The notes under the pieces were generated by a model, which saw only the letters and a list, made by a program, of their open reading frames with translations, was not told the DNA's origin and did no database searches. A stretch of DNA of 64,000 nucleotides from Eledone cirrhosa (lineage: Eukaryota), in the NCBI GenBank assembly GCA_964016885.1, contig OZ024746.1, positions 75,516,001 to 75,580,000 of the forward strand, read 5' to 3'. Positions 28,468-42,459 of this stretch are shown here, piece by piece. The number at the start of each line of letters is the position of its first letter. Positions within the stretch are counted from its first letter, which is position 1. The position numbers and the translations under genes are program-made.

Positions 28468-28652
28468 TTGGCGGTGGATTGGCAGTATCGGTAGAGGGTC
28501 GGACGCCATGCTTTCCAGCATAGTTACGTCCCTTTACGATCTGAGTTCAAATCCCGCCGAGGTTGACTTTGCCTTTCATCCTTACGGGGTCGATAAAATA
28601 AAGTACCAGTAATGCACTGGTAATTGCTGGCCTTGTGCCTAAAGTAGAAACA
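28468..28652 (+). mobile_element. tRNA-derived SINE
   Basis: Same family as 6231-6414. GTTATTTACAATAGA is repeated on both sides. Confidence 0.9.
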
Positions 28653-29491
28653 GTTATTTACAATAGATTTCAATTTCCTCCCTTGATGTAACCTCCTCTT
28701 CCATTTTGACTCGAATTTGGAATTTTAAGCAAAGGGTCAAGGAAAATTGAATCAAATCAACCCCAGAACTCAACTCATACTCCATTGTATTGAGCCCGGA
28801 AGAATGAAAGACTAAGATGAGCTCAGCTGGATTTGAAGTCAGAACGTAAAGATCTTGAAGAAATCATTTCTATGACGCTCAAGCGATTCCTCCAATCCAC
28901 CACCCTCTAATCACTTCAATTTCGTTCCAATTGACTCGTAGGGGACTGAGGCCGGTATTCTTACATTACTTTAGCTTTTACGGTGGATTGGCAGAGTTGT
29001 TAGAGCGTCAGGCAAATACTTACCAGTATTTGTTCCGGCTCTTTACGTTCTGAGTTCAAATCCCGCTGAGGTTACAGGGTCGATAAAATAAAGTACCAGT
29101 AATGCACTGGGGGTCGATTTAATCGACTTTCCTCTTCCCAAAAAAATTGTTGGCCTTGTGCCTAAATCAGAAACTATTATTTTAGCTTTTACATTACGCA
29201 ATGTCATTCAGTGATAAATAAATAAATGAATACACTGTTTGTATGGTATAGAAAATGTTATAGTACGTTGAATTTTACTCTAATGTTGGCTGAGGTTTGA
29301 AAGTATCACGGCTAACCATTGTCAAATAGGCTGTGTACCAGTGAGAAACCTGGCAGTATGTATTTATATTGAAATAATTATTTCTCCGACAATTCACCAT
29401 GAGAAATATCTTGTTATCGCCAATAAAATATGTGTGAATTGGTTATTCTCTGGGTGTGTGAAAATAAAATATTGATACTGATATATATATA

Positions 29492-29583
<92 letters not shown>

Positions 29584-29739
29584 TGTAAAGAATACATCTC
29601 TCTCTCTCCCTATATACATACATAGGCAGATATGTATTGTGTGTAAGGGAAATATATTGTTTGTCTATGAATGTGTATATATATATATACAAATAAATAA
29701 ATATATATATATATACATACATATATATATATATATATA

Positions 29740-29878
<139 letters not shown>

Positions 29879-30072
29879 ATATTAAACATATATAACTTTA
29901 TAGTCAATAGGAAATATCTGAATACCTATATAGCTCAACTTGGCGGGGTCGGGGCGAGCAATAGAGAATTAACGTTTATTTATCTATTCATGTAACTTGT
30001 TTTCTGTCTGCCTGTCAGCTTATCTATCCACACACACAGACACACACACAGACACACACACACACACACACA

Positions 30073-30108
<36 letters not shown>

Positions 30109-30171
30109 TACACACTCACGCACACACACACACAAATATATATGTGTGTGTGTGTCTGTATATATATATAC

Positions 30172-30202
<31 letters not shown>

Positions 30203-30211
30203 CATATATAT

Positions 30212-30249
<38 letters not shown>

Positions 30250-30285
30250 ATATATATATATATATATATCCATATATATCCATAT

Positions 30286-30383
<98 letters not shown>

Positions 30384-30410
30384 ATATATATATGGATATA
30401 TATATATGGA

Positions 30411-30449
<39 letters not shown>

Positions 30450-30502
30450 ATATATATATATATATATGGATATATATATATATATGGATATATATATATG
30501 GA

Positions 30503-30545
<43 letters not shown>

Positions 30546-30603
30546 ATATATATATATATATATATATGGATATATATATATATATGGATATATATATATA
30601 GAT

Positions 30604-30653
<50 letters not shown>

Positions 30654-31100
30654 ATATATATATATGGATATATATATATATATATATGGATATATATGTA
30701 TATATATAAATATATATACATATACATGTGTATGATGTATGTCTGATTTATCACTCACTCTCTTTTACACACACTATCTCTCTCTCTCTCTCTCTCTCTC
30801 CCCCTCTCTCTCTCACTCACGCTCTCTTTCTCTCCTACCTTTATCTTTCTACCTATCTCACGGTTTTCCTACCTAGACTCAGGCACACACCTCCCTCCCC
30901 ATTTACCCGGATACATACCCACATATCTGTCTACCTATTCAAATACCCCACATACCCCACCTATCTGCTGTTCCATGTGTTATCCTACCCCCTACTGACA
31001 TCAAAGACATTGCTAAACCTCCCCACCCACTCCAAACTATGACCCTCACACACACATACCTGAACAGTTACTTTTTAACAGTCTGTATATATATATGTGT

Positions 31101-31132
<32 letters not shown>

Positions 31133-31403
31133 CTGTGTGTGCGTGTGTGTGAGTGTATGCGCAGATTTGCACACATGTATATATATGCATGCGGAGATAT
31201 GCGCATATAGATAAATACATATATATACATACACACACATACGTGCAAAAATACATACATACATATGTACATACGTACATACATACATACGTACATACAT
31301 ACATACATACATACATACATACATACATACATACATACATACGTACATACATACATACATACATACATACATACGTACATACGTACATACATACATACAT
31401 ACA

Positions 31404-31432
<29 letters not shown>

Positions 31433-31434
<2 letters not shown>

Positions 31435-31748
31435 GCCACTGGCACTCCGTCGGTTATAACGACGACTGTTCCAATTGATTCGATCAATGGAACTGATTAC
31501 TCGTGAAATCAAATTGCAAGTGGCTGAGCATTCCACAGTCACGTGAACGACAAACGTAGTTCTGAGGAAGATTCAATATAACACAGAACGTGACAAGGCA
31601 AGCACAACTCATATATGCCAGCTGAGTAGACTGGAGCAAAGTGATATAAAGTGTCTTGTTCAAGGACACAATACGCTGTCGGGATTCGAAATCACGACCT
31701 TTTGATTTTGAGCCGAAAGCCCTAACATCTAAACCTCGTGCCTTCACA
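31433..31748 (-). mobile_element. tRNA-derived CORE-type SINE in (TACA)n
   Basis: B box-like GATTTCGAATCCC and CORE-like TTGTGTCCTTGAACAAGACACTTTAT. Confidence 0.7.
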
Positions 31749-31820
31749 CATACATACACACACATACATACATACATACATACATACATACATACATACA
31801 TACATACATACATACATACA

Positions 31821-33950
31821 TGGTGGCTGCCAACTCGTTTTCGAGTACGGCCACTACTTTATATCCATGTAGGAGAAGCCCTACCGATGCACTGAACGAG
31901 TGTGACTTCTTAGTCCAGCCAGTGACTTGAAAACTCTGGTACAAACACTACACTTGTGACAATTATTGACACATAGTGCTGGCCCCATGGTAAAAGAAGA
32001 ACATACATACATACATACATACATACATACATACATACATACTTGTGTGTGAAATGCGTTTTTTTTTTATTCTGTACATATGAGCATGTACGCATAATTC
32101 TATAAATATGGGCATACATGTGTATGTATATTATTACAGCTGGCTGTGTATAGGCATGTGTACATATGTATGCACACATGCATCTGATGTATATATATAT
32201 ATATATATATATAATGTACATTCATATATATGCGTATATATACATATTGGTGTCTATACGCACAGTAAATATGTGGCTTGTGCTTATGCTTACGCTATCT
32301 ACATATCGTCAAGTACATTTACTTATATAGAAGCACATACGCATTTACACATACATACATGTATACATATATACTTGCATACATACATATATATATGGTG
32401 GCTGCCAACTCGTTTTCGAGTACGGCCACTACTTTATATCCATGTAAGAGAACTCCTACCGATGCGCTGAACGAGTGTGACTTTTTAGTCCAGCCAGCGA
32501 CTTGAAAACTCTGGTACAAACACTACACCTGTGACAATTATTGACACATAGTGCTGGGCCCATGGTACCATGTGACGACAAGTGCAGAGAGATCTCCAGA
32601 TATAAAGCAATGCCTGTGCCGTGAAGCTTTTATAGTGAGCAAAGGCACTGCACAAAGCCAGTCCCACTCTCTTAACCAAGATGATATTTACCAAAAAGAA
32701 GAACAAATCAACATCATTGGATACCATTAGTGTTGCAGGTGTTATATCAGAGTTTTCCTTCTCCTAGAATTCTGCCTTGACAAAGGCTAAGGGGTCATCT
32801 CTCCCGGTGATTTTGGATGGCCATTGACTCTTAAGAGCTTCCTTTCCCTTTGACAGGTTTTGTTTTTAGTCCTGCAGGATGTCCAAAGTCACCCTCCTCA
32901 CCAAGAAACCTTGGTGGGGTTGCCAGTTTAGTCGCCAATGACCCGACCATGAGACAGGTTGTACTGGGATACATGTTACCAGTAGCACCAATTGGTGAGC
33001 TGACATACATACATACATGGTGGCTGCCAACTCGTTTTCGAGTACGGCCACTACTTTATATCCATGTAGGAGAACCCCTACCGATGCGCTGAACGAGTGT
33101 GACTTTTTAGTCCAACCAGCGACTTGAAAACTCTGGTACAAACACTACACTTGTGACAATTATTGATACATAGTGCTGGGCCCATGGTACCATGTGACAA
33201 CAAGTGCAGAGAGATCTCCAGATATAAAGCAATGCCTGTGCCGTGAAGCTTTTATAGTGAGCAAAGGCACTGCACAAAGCCAGTCCCACTCTCTTAACCA
33301 AGATAATATTTACCAAAAAGAAGAACAAGTCAACATCCTTGGATACCATCAGGGTTGCAGGTGTTATATCAGAGTTTTCCTTCTCCTAGAATTCTGCCTT
33401 GACAAAGGCTAAGGGGTCATCTCGCCCGGTGATTTTGGATGGCCATTGACTCTTAAGAGCTCCTTTGCCCTTTGACAGGTATTGTTTTTAGTCCTGCAGG
33501 ATGTCCAAAGTCACCCTCCTCACCAAGAAACCTTGGTGGGGTTGCCAGTTTAGTCGCCAATGACCCGACCATGAGACAGGTTGTACTGGGATACATGTTA
33601 CCAGTAGCACCAACTGCTGACCTGACATATATAGATACATACATACATGCATACATACATACATGCATGTACAGATACATACATGTATAGATACATACAT
33701 ACATGCATACATACATACATACATACATACTTGCATGCATACATACTTGCATGCATGTATGGTGGCTGCCAACTCGTTTTCGAGTACGGCCACTACTTTA
33801 TATCCATGTAGGAAAACCCCTACCGATGCGCTGAACGAGTGTGACTTTTTAGTCCAGCCAGCGACTTGAAAACTCTGGCACAAACACCACACCTGTGACA
33901 ATTATTGACACATAGTGACGGGCCCATGATACCATGTGACGACAAGTGCA
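31821..33950 (-). mobile_element. Tandem cluster of non-autonomous RTE derivatives: complete ~610-bp copies at 32396-33004 and 33018-33626, truncated copies at 31821-31991 and 33760-33950
   Basis: RTE 5'-UTR-like motif GGAGAAGGAAAACTCTGA fused to an ORF2 terminal zinc finger [23 protein letters not shown]. (TGTA)n-like tails. Confidence 0.85.
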
Positions 33951-34111
33951 TACATACATACATACATACATACATACATACATACATACATACATGCATA
34001 CATACTTGCATACATACATACTTGCATACATACATACTTGCATACATACATACATACTTGCATGCATACATACATACATACATACATACATACATACACT
34101 CAAACATACAT

Positions 34112-34180
<69 letters not shown>

Positions 34181-34182
34181 AA

Positions 34183-34377
34183 ACAAAGGAAATGTGGTAA
34201 GGAACCAGGTGGACCATAACGCACCAAAGTACTCAATACTTGGGGTAGTAGAGTGGGTAATAGGAACCAGTAAGTTCCTGTGCTCAAGCCGTTTCCACGG
34301 CTAATTCTGGACTGCTAATTCAGTCCAGAATTAGCCGTCGAAACGGCTTGAGCTCAGCCGTCGGGGTCTTACTGGTT

Positions 34378-34381
<4 letters not shown>
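34183..34381. mobile_element. Family A hammerhead repeat, inverted pair
   Basis: Junction CTGGACTG-CTAATT-CAGTCCAG, flanked by (TA)n. Confidence 0.85.
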
Positions 34382-34441
<60 letters not shown>

Positions 34442-34651
34442 TACAAAAACGACATGGTGGATGGAGCGGGGGGGGGGGTTAGTTAAGAGGCCGACGGTGT
34501 GGAGCGGGAGGGTGTTGCTAACGGAGATGAGTGTTGGAATGATGTAGTAAAGGCAAAGAGAGGAGGAAGGGAAAGCCGTGTGGTGCTGAGGTATGCCCGA
34601 GTGGTCGGGTGGTCGGGTAGACGGGTGCTTGTGTGGACATTCCGTTCACAC

Positions 34652-34771
34652 CTAACTGTGTAATACAACAGACTCTGTTGGTTGTGGTGGGGTTGGGAAG
34701 ACTTCAGCAAACATGGTTGCGGTTAGTTGGCCCAATGTCCTGTCTGTGTACCCTTCTTGACACAGACACCT
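34652..34771 (-). CDS. Candidate exon with an EGF-like CxCxxGY motif
   Basis: Branch/acceptor CACTAATGTACCCCCGTTCCAG, then RCLCQEGYTDRTLGQLTATMFAEVFPTPPQPTESVVLHS*. The final EGF cysteine is missing. Confidence 0.3.
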   Translation of the reverse strand, partial: RCLCQEGYTDRTLGQLTATMFAEVFPTPPQPTESVVLHS

Positions 34772-34794
34772 CTGGAACGGGGGTACATTAGTGC

Positions 34795-35860
34795 ATGGGT
34801 GGCTGGATGGGTGGTTGGGCGGTTGCTTGAGGTGGTTGGGCGGTTGGTTGGGTGGTTGGGTGGCTGGATGGGTGGCTGGATGAGTGGTTGGGCGGTTGGT
34901 TGGGTGGTTGGGCGGTTGGTTGGGTGGTTGGGTGGCTGGATGGGTGGTTGGGCGGTTGGTTGGGCGGTTGGTTGGGTGGTTGGGCGGTTGGTTGGGCGGT
35001 TGGTTGGGTGGTTGGGTGGTTGGTTGGGTGGTTGGGTGGCTGGATGGGTGGCTGGATGAGTGGTTGGGCGGTTGGTTGGGTGGTTGGGCGGTTGGTTGGG
35101 CGGTTGGTTGGGTGGTTGGGTGGTTGGGCGGTTGGTTGGGTGGTTGGGTGGTTGGTTGGGTGGTTGGGTGGCTGGATGGGTGGCTGGATGAGTGGTTGGG
35201 CGGTTGGTTGGGTGGTTGGGCGGTTGGTTGGGTGGTTGGGTGGCTGGATGGGTGGTTGGGCGGTTGGTTGGGCGGTTGGTTGGGTGGTTGGGTGGCTGGA
35301 TGGGTGGCTGGATGGGTGGTTGGGTGGCTGGATGGGTGGCTGGATGGGTGGTTGGGCGGTTGGTTAGGTGGTTGGGCGGTTGGTTGGGCGGTTGGTTGGG
35401 TGGTTGGGTGGTTGGGCGGTTGGTTGGGTGGTTGGGTGGCTGGATGGGTGGTTGGGTGGGTGGTTGGGCGGTTGGTTGGGCGGATGTGTGGTTAGTTGAG
35501 TGGTTGTATATGTGGTGGTATGGTTAATTGGGTGGCGGGTTGGGTGGTTTGGTTGGTTGGTGGTTAGATGGATTGGGGGGGGGGGGGACTGGATGGATGG
35601 CTGGATGGTGGGACGGCAGGATGGCGGGTTGGCGGGATGGATGGATGGCTGGATGGTGGGTTGCCGGGTTGGCGGGATGGCGGGGTGGATGGTGGGACGG
35701 CAAGATGGCGGGTTAGCTGGGTGGATGGATGGCTGGATGGTGGGACGGCAAGATGGCGTGTTGGCGGGATGGGTGGCTGGATGGTGGGACGGCAGGATGG
35801 CGTGTTGGCGGGATGGATGGTGGGACGGCAGGATGGCGTGTTGGCGGGATGGATGGATTT
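34795..35860. repeat. G-rich GGTTGG/GGATGG compound tandem repeats
   Basis: Degenerate 8-12 bp units grading into ~34-38 bp units. Confidence 0.85.
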
Positions 35861-36007
35861 GATGATCTCGTTGATGGTTGAGTGGAAGCTGTATGATCTG
35901 CAGGATGTATATATGGGTACATAGATGCATTGGTGAAGGGGTGGATGGTTGTATGATTGGATTACCAGGTTGATAGGTGAATGGGCTGGTGTGTTGTTGG
36001 ACGTTTG

Positions 36008-36550
36008 GATGGTTGAGTAGAGGGTTCATGGGTAGGTGGATGGTTGGATGAAGTGGTGGATGGTTGAGTAGGTGGTTCATGGGTAGGTGGATGGTTGGAT
36101 GAAGTGGTGGATGGTTGAGTAGATGGTTCATGGGTAGGTGGATGGTTGGATGAAGTGGTGGATGGTTGAGTAGAGGGTTCATGGGTAGGTGGATGGTTGG
36201 ATGAAGTGGTGGATGGTTGAGTAGGTGGTTCATGGGTAGGTGGATGGTTGGATGAAGTGGTGGATGGTTGAGTAGATGGTTCATGGGTAGGTGGATGGTT
36301 GGATGAAGTGGTGGATGGTTGAGTAGAGGGTTCATGGGTAGGTGGATGGTTGGATGAAGTGGTGGATGGTTGAGTAGAGGGTTCATGGGTAGGTGGATGG
36401 TTGGATGAAGTGGTGGATGGTTGAGTAGAGGGTTCATGGGTAGGTGGATGGTTGGATGAAGTGGTGGATGGTTGAGTAGAGGGTTCATGGGTAGGTGGAT
36501 GGTTGGATGAAGTGGTGGATGGTTGAGTAGAGGGTTCATGGGTAGGTGGA
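36008..36550. repeat. 51-bp minisatellite, about 10.5 copies
   Basis: Unit GGATGGTTGAGTAGAGGGTTCATGGGTAGGTGGATGGTTGGATGAAGTGGT. Confidence 0.95.
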
Positions 36551-36939
36551 ATGTTGGCGCGTTTCGGGAGAAATGCGTGAGGGTGTATGGAGAAAAGTGT
36601 TAGGAATATGTGTAGTAGAAGTTGTGAATTTTTCGACTAGATAGATAGATAGATAGACAGACAGGCAAACAGATAGATAGGTAGATAGATAGATAGATAG
36701 ATAGATAAATTTCTATTTATTTGCCACGAGGGCACAAAAGAAGGGGACATTTACACAGTGGGGGAGTTTACATAAATCGAGTAAAGAAAAAAGGAATAAC
36801 AATAATAATATAACAATAAAAAGTCCTCAAAAGGGAGGGGGCGTGTTGGGGATTGCACATACCCCCGAAAAGTGTGCAACTCTTTTCGCGGAGGAAGCCC
36901 AGAGAGGAGGCGCTCCCCCTTTCCTCTTCACTTCTTCAC

Positions 36940-39900
36940 CTACAGAACAATGTAGAGAGAAGGCCCATTTACACGGGCCATTCTCGCTTCTTTCACCCAC
37001 CTTTCATAAAACTGTCTGGGACCAAGCACTTCTCTCTCCATCCTGATCCTTCTTCCGAAGTGGTATCGGAAGAAGTAAACCAGGTGATGGCCGGAGAGAA
37101 AGTCACCCGACCTCAGACCTTTCAGGCGCGTCCACCACACAACCTCTTTCATCATGGCTATTACGCACAGAAAGACCGCCTCTGCTTCATTTCTGAAGGG
37201 AGGAGGCGGCTTGATGTTCACCACAGACTCGGCGGTTAATCGAATCGGCGCCACACGCGACAGCAGTCGTTCGACGTAGCCCCACAGATCGGCAACGCCC
37301 GGGCAGTGTACCAGTGCATGCGCAACGGTTTCCTCGTCGCGCACGCATCTGGGACAGATCTTTTTCGCGGGATCCCTGCCCGGGCGCCCGTGTCTGTAGA
37401 GCTTTTCTCGAACGGGCAGAGCCCCCCGGTAACACTGCCAGGCTAGGGACCTCTGGAAGTTGTCCATGGGTCCCGGGCCGAAAGTTCTACCGAACAGGCT
37501 GGCCAGTTCGTCCTCCTCCATGCCTAGCGACTCTCCAAGGGTGTCGTCGCCCCTGCTAGCCACCAACCCTCTATAGAATGTCGAGGTGGATTCTCCACTG
37601 ACAGTCGGGTCCGCTTGCCAGATAGCCGTGAGCGCCTGGGCACACTCAGTGTGCCAGTTGCCCAGTTTTCTCGGTCTTTGCTTCACCCAGGATTGCAGTT
37701 CGGTGAGCGAGACGAGCTGTGGGAAGGCTCGCCTCACAAACGGGGCCCACACCGGCTGACCGTTGAGGAATACCTGTAGATGCCGTAGCCTCAATGCGTG
37801 CCTACGCATCAACAGCCACGGCATACCCAGCCCTCCTTTCGAAGGGTGCTGGCAGCAGATGGATCTCCTCACCATGGGAGGCCGCTTCTTCCAGAGGAAC
37901 TGGAAGAGCATGCGTTCCATGATGGTGAGCTTTTCCTTGGGGCAAGGCACGACGGTCAGGCGGTAGTAGATGACGGACGCTATGTAAGCGTTCGTCACCT
38001 CCGCCCGACCTTTCAGTGATAGTTTGCACTTGGCCCACTTCTGGGTCAGCGCAAACACCCTGCTCGTCACCTCGCCCCAATTCTTCTCCACCTGGAGGTC
38101 CGGTCCGAACCAGACCCCGAGCAGCTTCACCGGGCCCTCCGTCCACCGCCCGACGACACCGTCTAACGGCATCGGTTTGCCCCTCCACGTTCCGAGTTGC
38201 AAACCGACTGACTTGTCCTGGTTCAGCTTAGCCCCCGTCAGCCTTTCGTATTCCTCCAGTAGGGTGGCGATCGCCCCGATTTCCGAGGCGTCCGCCACCA
38301 TTACTGTTACGTCGTCGGCATAGGCCGAGACCGCTTTGTGCAATCCCGGTTCCAGGGGTATGCCCCGCAGCAACTCCAACTTCCGCAGCAGTGGCTCGAG
38401 AGTCAATACGTACAGAAGGGAGGAGAGGGGGCACCCCTGTCTGATGGATCGGGTGATTTGAAACGGCTCCGAGAGGTAGCCGTTTACTTTAATCCTAGAG
38501 TAGATGTTGCCACTGTGCATGGCAGAAATCCAGCCCCTGAAAACGGGTCCGAAGCCCGCCGCCGCTAGCACCGCATCCAGGTAACCATGGTCGACCCTAT
38601 CGAACGCCTTAGATTGATCCAAGTTGATCAGGGCCCCACCAAAGCCGGGTTCGTAGCCAACCCTCTCTATGATGTATCGCATGAGGTGGAGGTTGTCGTG
38701 AATGGACCTGGACGGGATAGCGCATGTCTGCGCGTCTCCCACCAAACCACCCACCACAAGCGCCAACCTCTTCGCCAACACCTTGGCCAAAATCTGTAAC
38801 TCTGCATTCAGCAGAGTTATGGGCCTAAAGTTACTTAAGTCGTCCCCCTTGCTCTCGTCCTTCCTCACTAGCGTGACCACGCCCTTGGTCACAGAACAGG
38901 AAATTCTCCCGTTCTGTTGCCAGTTGCAATAGACAGCCTCGAGGAGTTCGGAGAACAAGACCGGCATAGCTAAATAAAGTTCGTATGGTAGACCATCGAG
39001 ACCCGGGGATTTGCGTCTGCTGCATTGGCTGAGCGCTTCCCCGATTTCAGTGGCTGTGATTGGCCCTTCGCAGCACTCCGCTTCGCCGCTCGAAAGACGC
39101 GGTAGACCGTCGAGGTATGGACCGAAGTCCACATCCCCGTCCGGCCCCCCGCCACCTCCGAACAGTCGAGCAAAGTGCCTTTGAAAGGTCTCGCACATTC
39201 GCTCAGGTTCAAGGATCACCCGTCCATCCTGGTCTCGCAAAGACCGAATGGTGGATTTAATCCCACTCTTGGCTTCTGTCACGCGGGCCCAGCTAACAGC
39301 TTTGGTCCCCTCGTTTCCTAAAGCACGTATTTTACTTCGGACAACGCAGCCTTCGTGCTTCGCGTCAAAGAACTGGCTCAATGCCGTTCTCGTCGCTAAC
39401 ACTCTGGCTACGTCTCCGCTCCTAATCGCCTCTTCTAGTTTATCTGTTAACTCCCTTTCCCTCCTATTTCTATTAGCCGCTAGTTCCTTACTGTAACCTA
39501 TCGAACTTACTCTAATCTCTCTCTTTAGAGATATCCACCACCTACTGTTGACGATCGCTCCCGTCAACCGCATCTTAACTAAGCTACTAATCCGGTTTCT
39601 GTAATCTTTCTTTGTCGGTAAGGACAAGTTCATCTTCCAGTAACCGGGACCCTGTCTATGCGTTCTATCAAGGTTGACCACGCAGGTCACTAATTTGTGA
39701 TCTGAATAGCCAACCATGATCAGTTCTGGACAACTAAATACGTCCCTATCCTTACTCCTAACCAAAAACCTATCTAGGTACGATCTAGATTGTCCACTGC
39801 GGTTTGCCCAGGTCCAGGTTGGCGCAGTTGGACAATCTAGTCGAAATCTATCGACCAGGTCGAATCGATCGAGTAACCCCTTGAGGCTGCTACACCCCCC

Positions 39901-40375
39901 CTCTATCGGGACATGCCCCTGCATAGTCCCAACGCGCATCTAGGATTCCATTCCAGTCCCCCACTAAAAGCAGGGAACGCGACGTTCCTAGAAAACTCTC
40001 CAGACGTTGGAAGAAGTCGGCTCTCTCCGCCCCGAAGGGAGCATAAAGACCGACCAGTCTGAAAGCCCCGCCTTCACCACCTCCGACGTCCAGCACCAGT
40101 AATCGACCCCCCGGGTCCGAGTGAACAATCTGTACGTCGAGAGTCAGACGTTTATCCAGCAGTACGGCAACTCCCCCCCCCCCCCCGCCTCCGGGTTGAC
40201 AGAGAGATGCGTGCATCTCAAAGTCATCGAAGGCGGGCGCCAGCTGTCTCACGCTGCTGATCCGACTCTCGCAAACAACCATCACATCTATACTTTGTGA
40301 CCTGAGGTCACTTAGAAGCTTTGCTTGCTTCCAAGCTGAGCTCAGGCCACGCGCGTTCAAACAGCCAACTCTCAA
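36940..40375 (-). CDS. ORF2: AP-endonuclease + reverse transcriptase + C-terminal zinc finger, with one frameshift at the C-run near 39895-39901
   Basis: EN motifs GCLNARGL, VCESR, GDWN, SYLDRFLV, SDH. RT motifs KSPGLDG, FRPITLLN, LDQSKAFDRVDH, QGCPLS, YADD. Zinc finger CPRC..ETVAHALVHC. Confidence 0.93.
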
Positions 40376-40380
40376 TTGAT

Positions 40381-42217
40381 CTATTTTGGTGTTGAAAGTG
40401 AAGAAAGAAAAGCACTTACCTCTCCGGGTTGCGTAATTTCCATGGCATCAGGTGTGTTGGGTGGAGGGATGTTTTGTGGTGGTGTGGGGGTACACGTGTG
40501 TGGTGGGGTTGGGGTATTTGGAGTTGTGTCAGGGAGAGGGGCGGTTATGGGGAAATCTTTCAAGAGGACGCGATTCAACGGTTTTAAACAGGGGGGGCTC
40601 ACGTCCCGTCTGAATTGTTCTTTTAAGGAACGATAAAGGTCCAGAGGGACCTTTATCATTTTTAAATGGGTGAAGTTCTCTGTTGAGATAAAGTTTGGCC
40701 CTTCGGTCTGCACCATAGGGTTATTGTTTATTAATTTAACCAGTTTTTTGTTTTCTTTATTTATATATGTGTATTGCAACGTCTTTTTTTGTGATGCTGT
40801 CAATGTTTCGGAGAGGGGAGGCGCAGATTTATTTTTGTTTGTTGAGGGTGGGGTGTTTTTGATTGGAGTTGGTGTCTGTGTGTGGGTTATTTGTGGTGTG
40901 CTGGGTGTGTGTTTTCTTTTTTTTCTTTTAACTTGTCTGAAGGCTTCTCCTCCTTCTTCTTCAGAAGTTGGGGGAAACTCTTCAGCGCTAGGTGGGAGGG
41001 ACGTGTTGTGTGGTTGTTTTTTTTTTGCGGGAGGGGTAGATTTGTTACTGTTTTTTTTATTATTTGTTTGGAATGGGTTTTGTGGTGGTGGTGGTGGTAA
41101 TGTTTGTGTCGTGCTTGTGGTTGGTGATGGTGGTGGTGATGTTTGTGTTGTGGTTGGTGGTGGTGATTTTTGTGTCGTGCTTGTGTTTGGTGCTGGTGGT
41201 GGTGATGTTTGTGTTGTGTTTGTGGTTGGTGGTGTTTGTATTTTGTTTGCTGTGTGTGGTATTAGTGTATTTTTGGAGGTGGGTGGTGCTGGTGTACTGT
41301 TTGTGGTGGGTGTGGGCAATAGTCCTTTTTGGGGGATACGTTTCGGGCAGTTAGCCTTAACGTGTCCCCTTTCCATGCATAAATAACATGCTGGTCTTCT
41401 CCCCTCTACAATTATGTCTATTGGGGTAAGGTCATCCAGCCAGATGCGATCCGGGATTTGTGCTATTCTTTCGGGCCTCATTTGGACTAGTATGTCGAGG
41501 CCCATTCCCAGGAACGCATCTCCAGTTGCCTTCCCCATTGACAGCATAGTGTCTTCGCCCATATCAATGAAGCCAGCAATAGCCCACCAGAAGTCCATTG
41601 TGGGCAGCATTGTTTTTACTTTTACTCTCTGTGTTCTTCTACCCATGTAGGAGGGATAGAAGCTATATGTTGTCGACGAGAGTGGGCTTAGGGAAAGCTT
41701 CTCCGCCGTTTCTTTGTCTCTTGTTAGGACCGAAATGCTGCCATAGAGTCGGTCCTTTCGTATGAAGAGAATATTCTTCATATAGTCTTTTAGGACTAAC
41801 TCTATTTCCATTTGGCTGGGCTGTGCTGGCTTTCTTGTCTGGTTCAGTATAGTTCTGTATATAACTGTGTTTTCTGCTCTGGCTTTCTTGAATTCTGGGG
41901 GGGGAGTTAATGGAAAACATTCCGTTCTCCCCCAAAACAATATGTTTCTTTGCTTCGGCCAGTTTTTCTCTGGCGGCAGTTAGGTCAATTGGTGTGTATG
42001 TAATGGATTGCTTTGTTTTCTGGGCGAAAGTTGCCCTGTCGTTATTTGTATTATTTTCTGTTTGTTTGTTTTCTGTTTGCTCATTTTCCTTAACATTTGT
42101 TTTTTCATTTTGTTTGTTTGTTTCAATGTCTAATTTTGTTGTAATTATTTTTTGTTCTTCAGACTTGGGGGGCGTGGCAGAGCTAATGGCAGACATGTCT
42201 GCCATCTTTTCCGCCAT
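40381..42217 (-). CDS. ORF1: gag-like nucleic-acid-binding protein, with one frameshift at the G-run near 41896-41905
   Basis: Starts MAEKMADMS, CCHC knuckle CYLCMERGHVKANC, Pro/Thr-rich C-terminus, basic patch KRKKRKH. Confidence 0.85.
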
Positions 42218-42418
42218 GCTGCCAAGAAAGAAATTTTTCGGCAAAAATAGATATTTATTTTACCCCCTAAAAAGGGGGTAAATGCAAAAATGTTTCCCTA
42301 AATAACAGGGGTTAGTGTTCCAAATGTGTTGCACTAAAAAATTTATCCGGTACTTACAATAGTAAGGGTAAATCCCGATGGAATAGCGGAGCCGATGCGA
42401 AGCGTGTCTTACTCTATC

Positions 42419-42458
<40 letters not shown>

Positions 42459-42459
<1 letters not shown>

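Larger units (their letters stand above)
36708..42420 (-). mobile_element. Apparently full-length Tx1/L1-clade non-LTR retrotransposon inserted in (GATA)n
   Basis: 5' UTR, ORF1 with a zinc knuckle, ORF2 APE-RT-zinc finger, and a 3' UTR ending AATAAA...(TATC)n. GATA repeats on both sides. Confidence 0.93.

Noticed and set aside
35364-36539. 391-aa repeat protein (MNPLLNHPPLHPTIHLP)n
   Set aside because: Translation of a 51-bp minisatellite, with no supporting splice or domain evidence.
40381-40419. Mini-intron (AG|GTAAGT...TAG) fusing ORF1 to ORF2
   Set aside because: Only 39 nt, and its removal keeps the ORF1 frame, which reaches TGA two codons later.
37187-41650. Short antisense or alternative-frame ORFs within the Tx1 element
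   Set aside because: Shadows of the GC-rich ORF1 and ORF2, with no motifs of their own.
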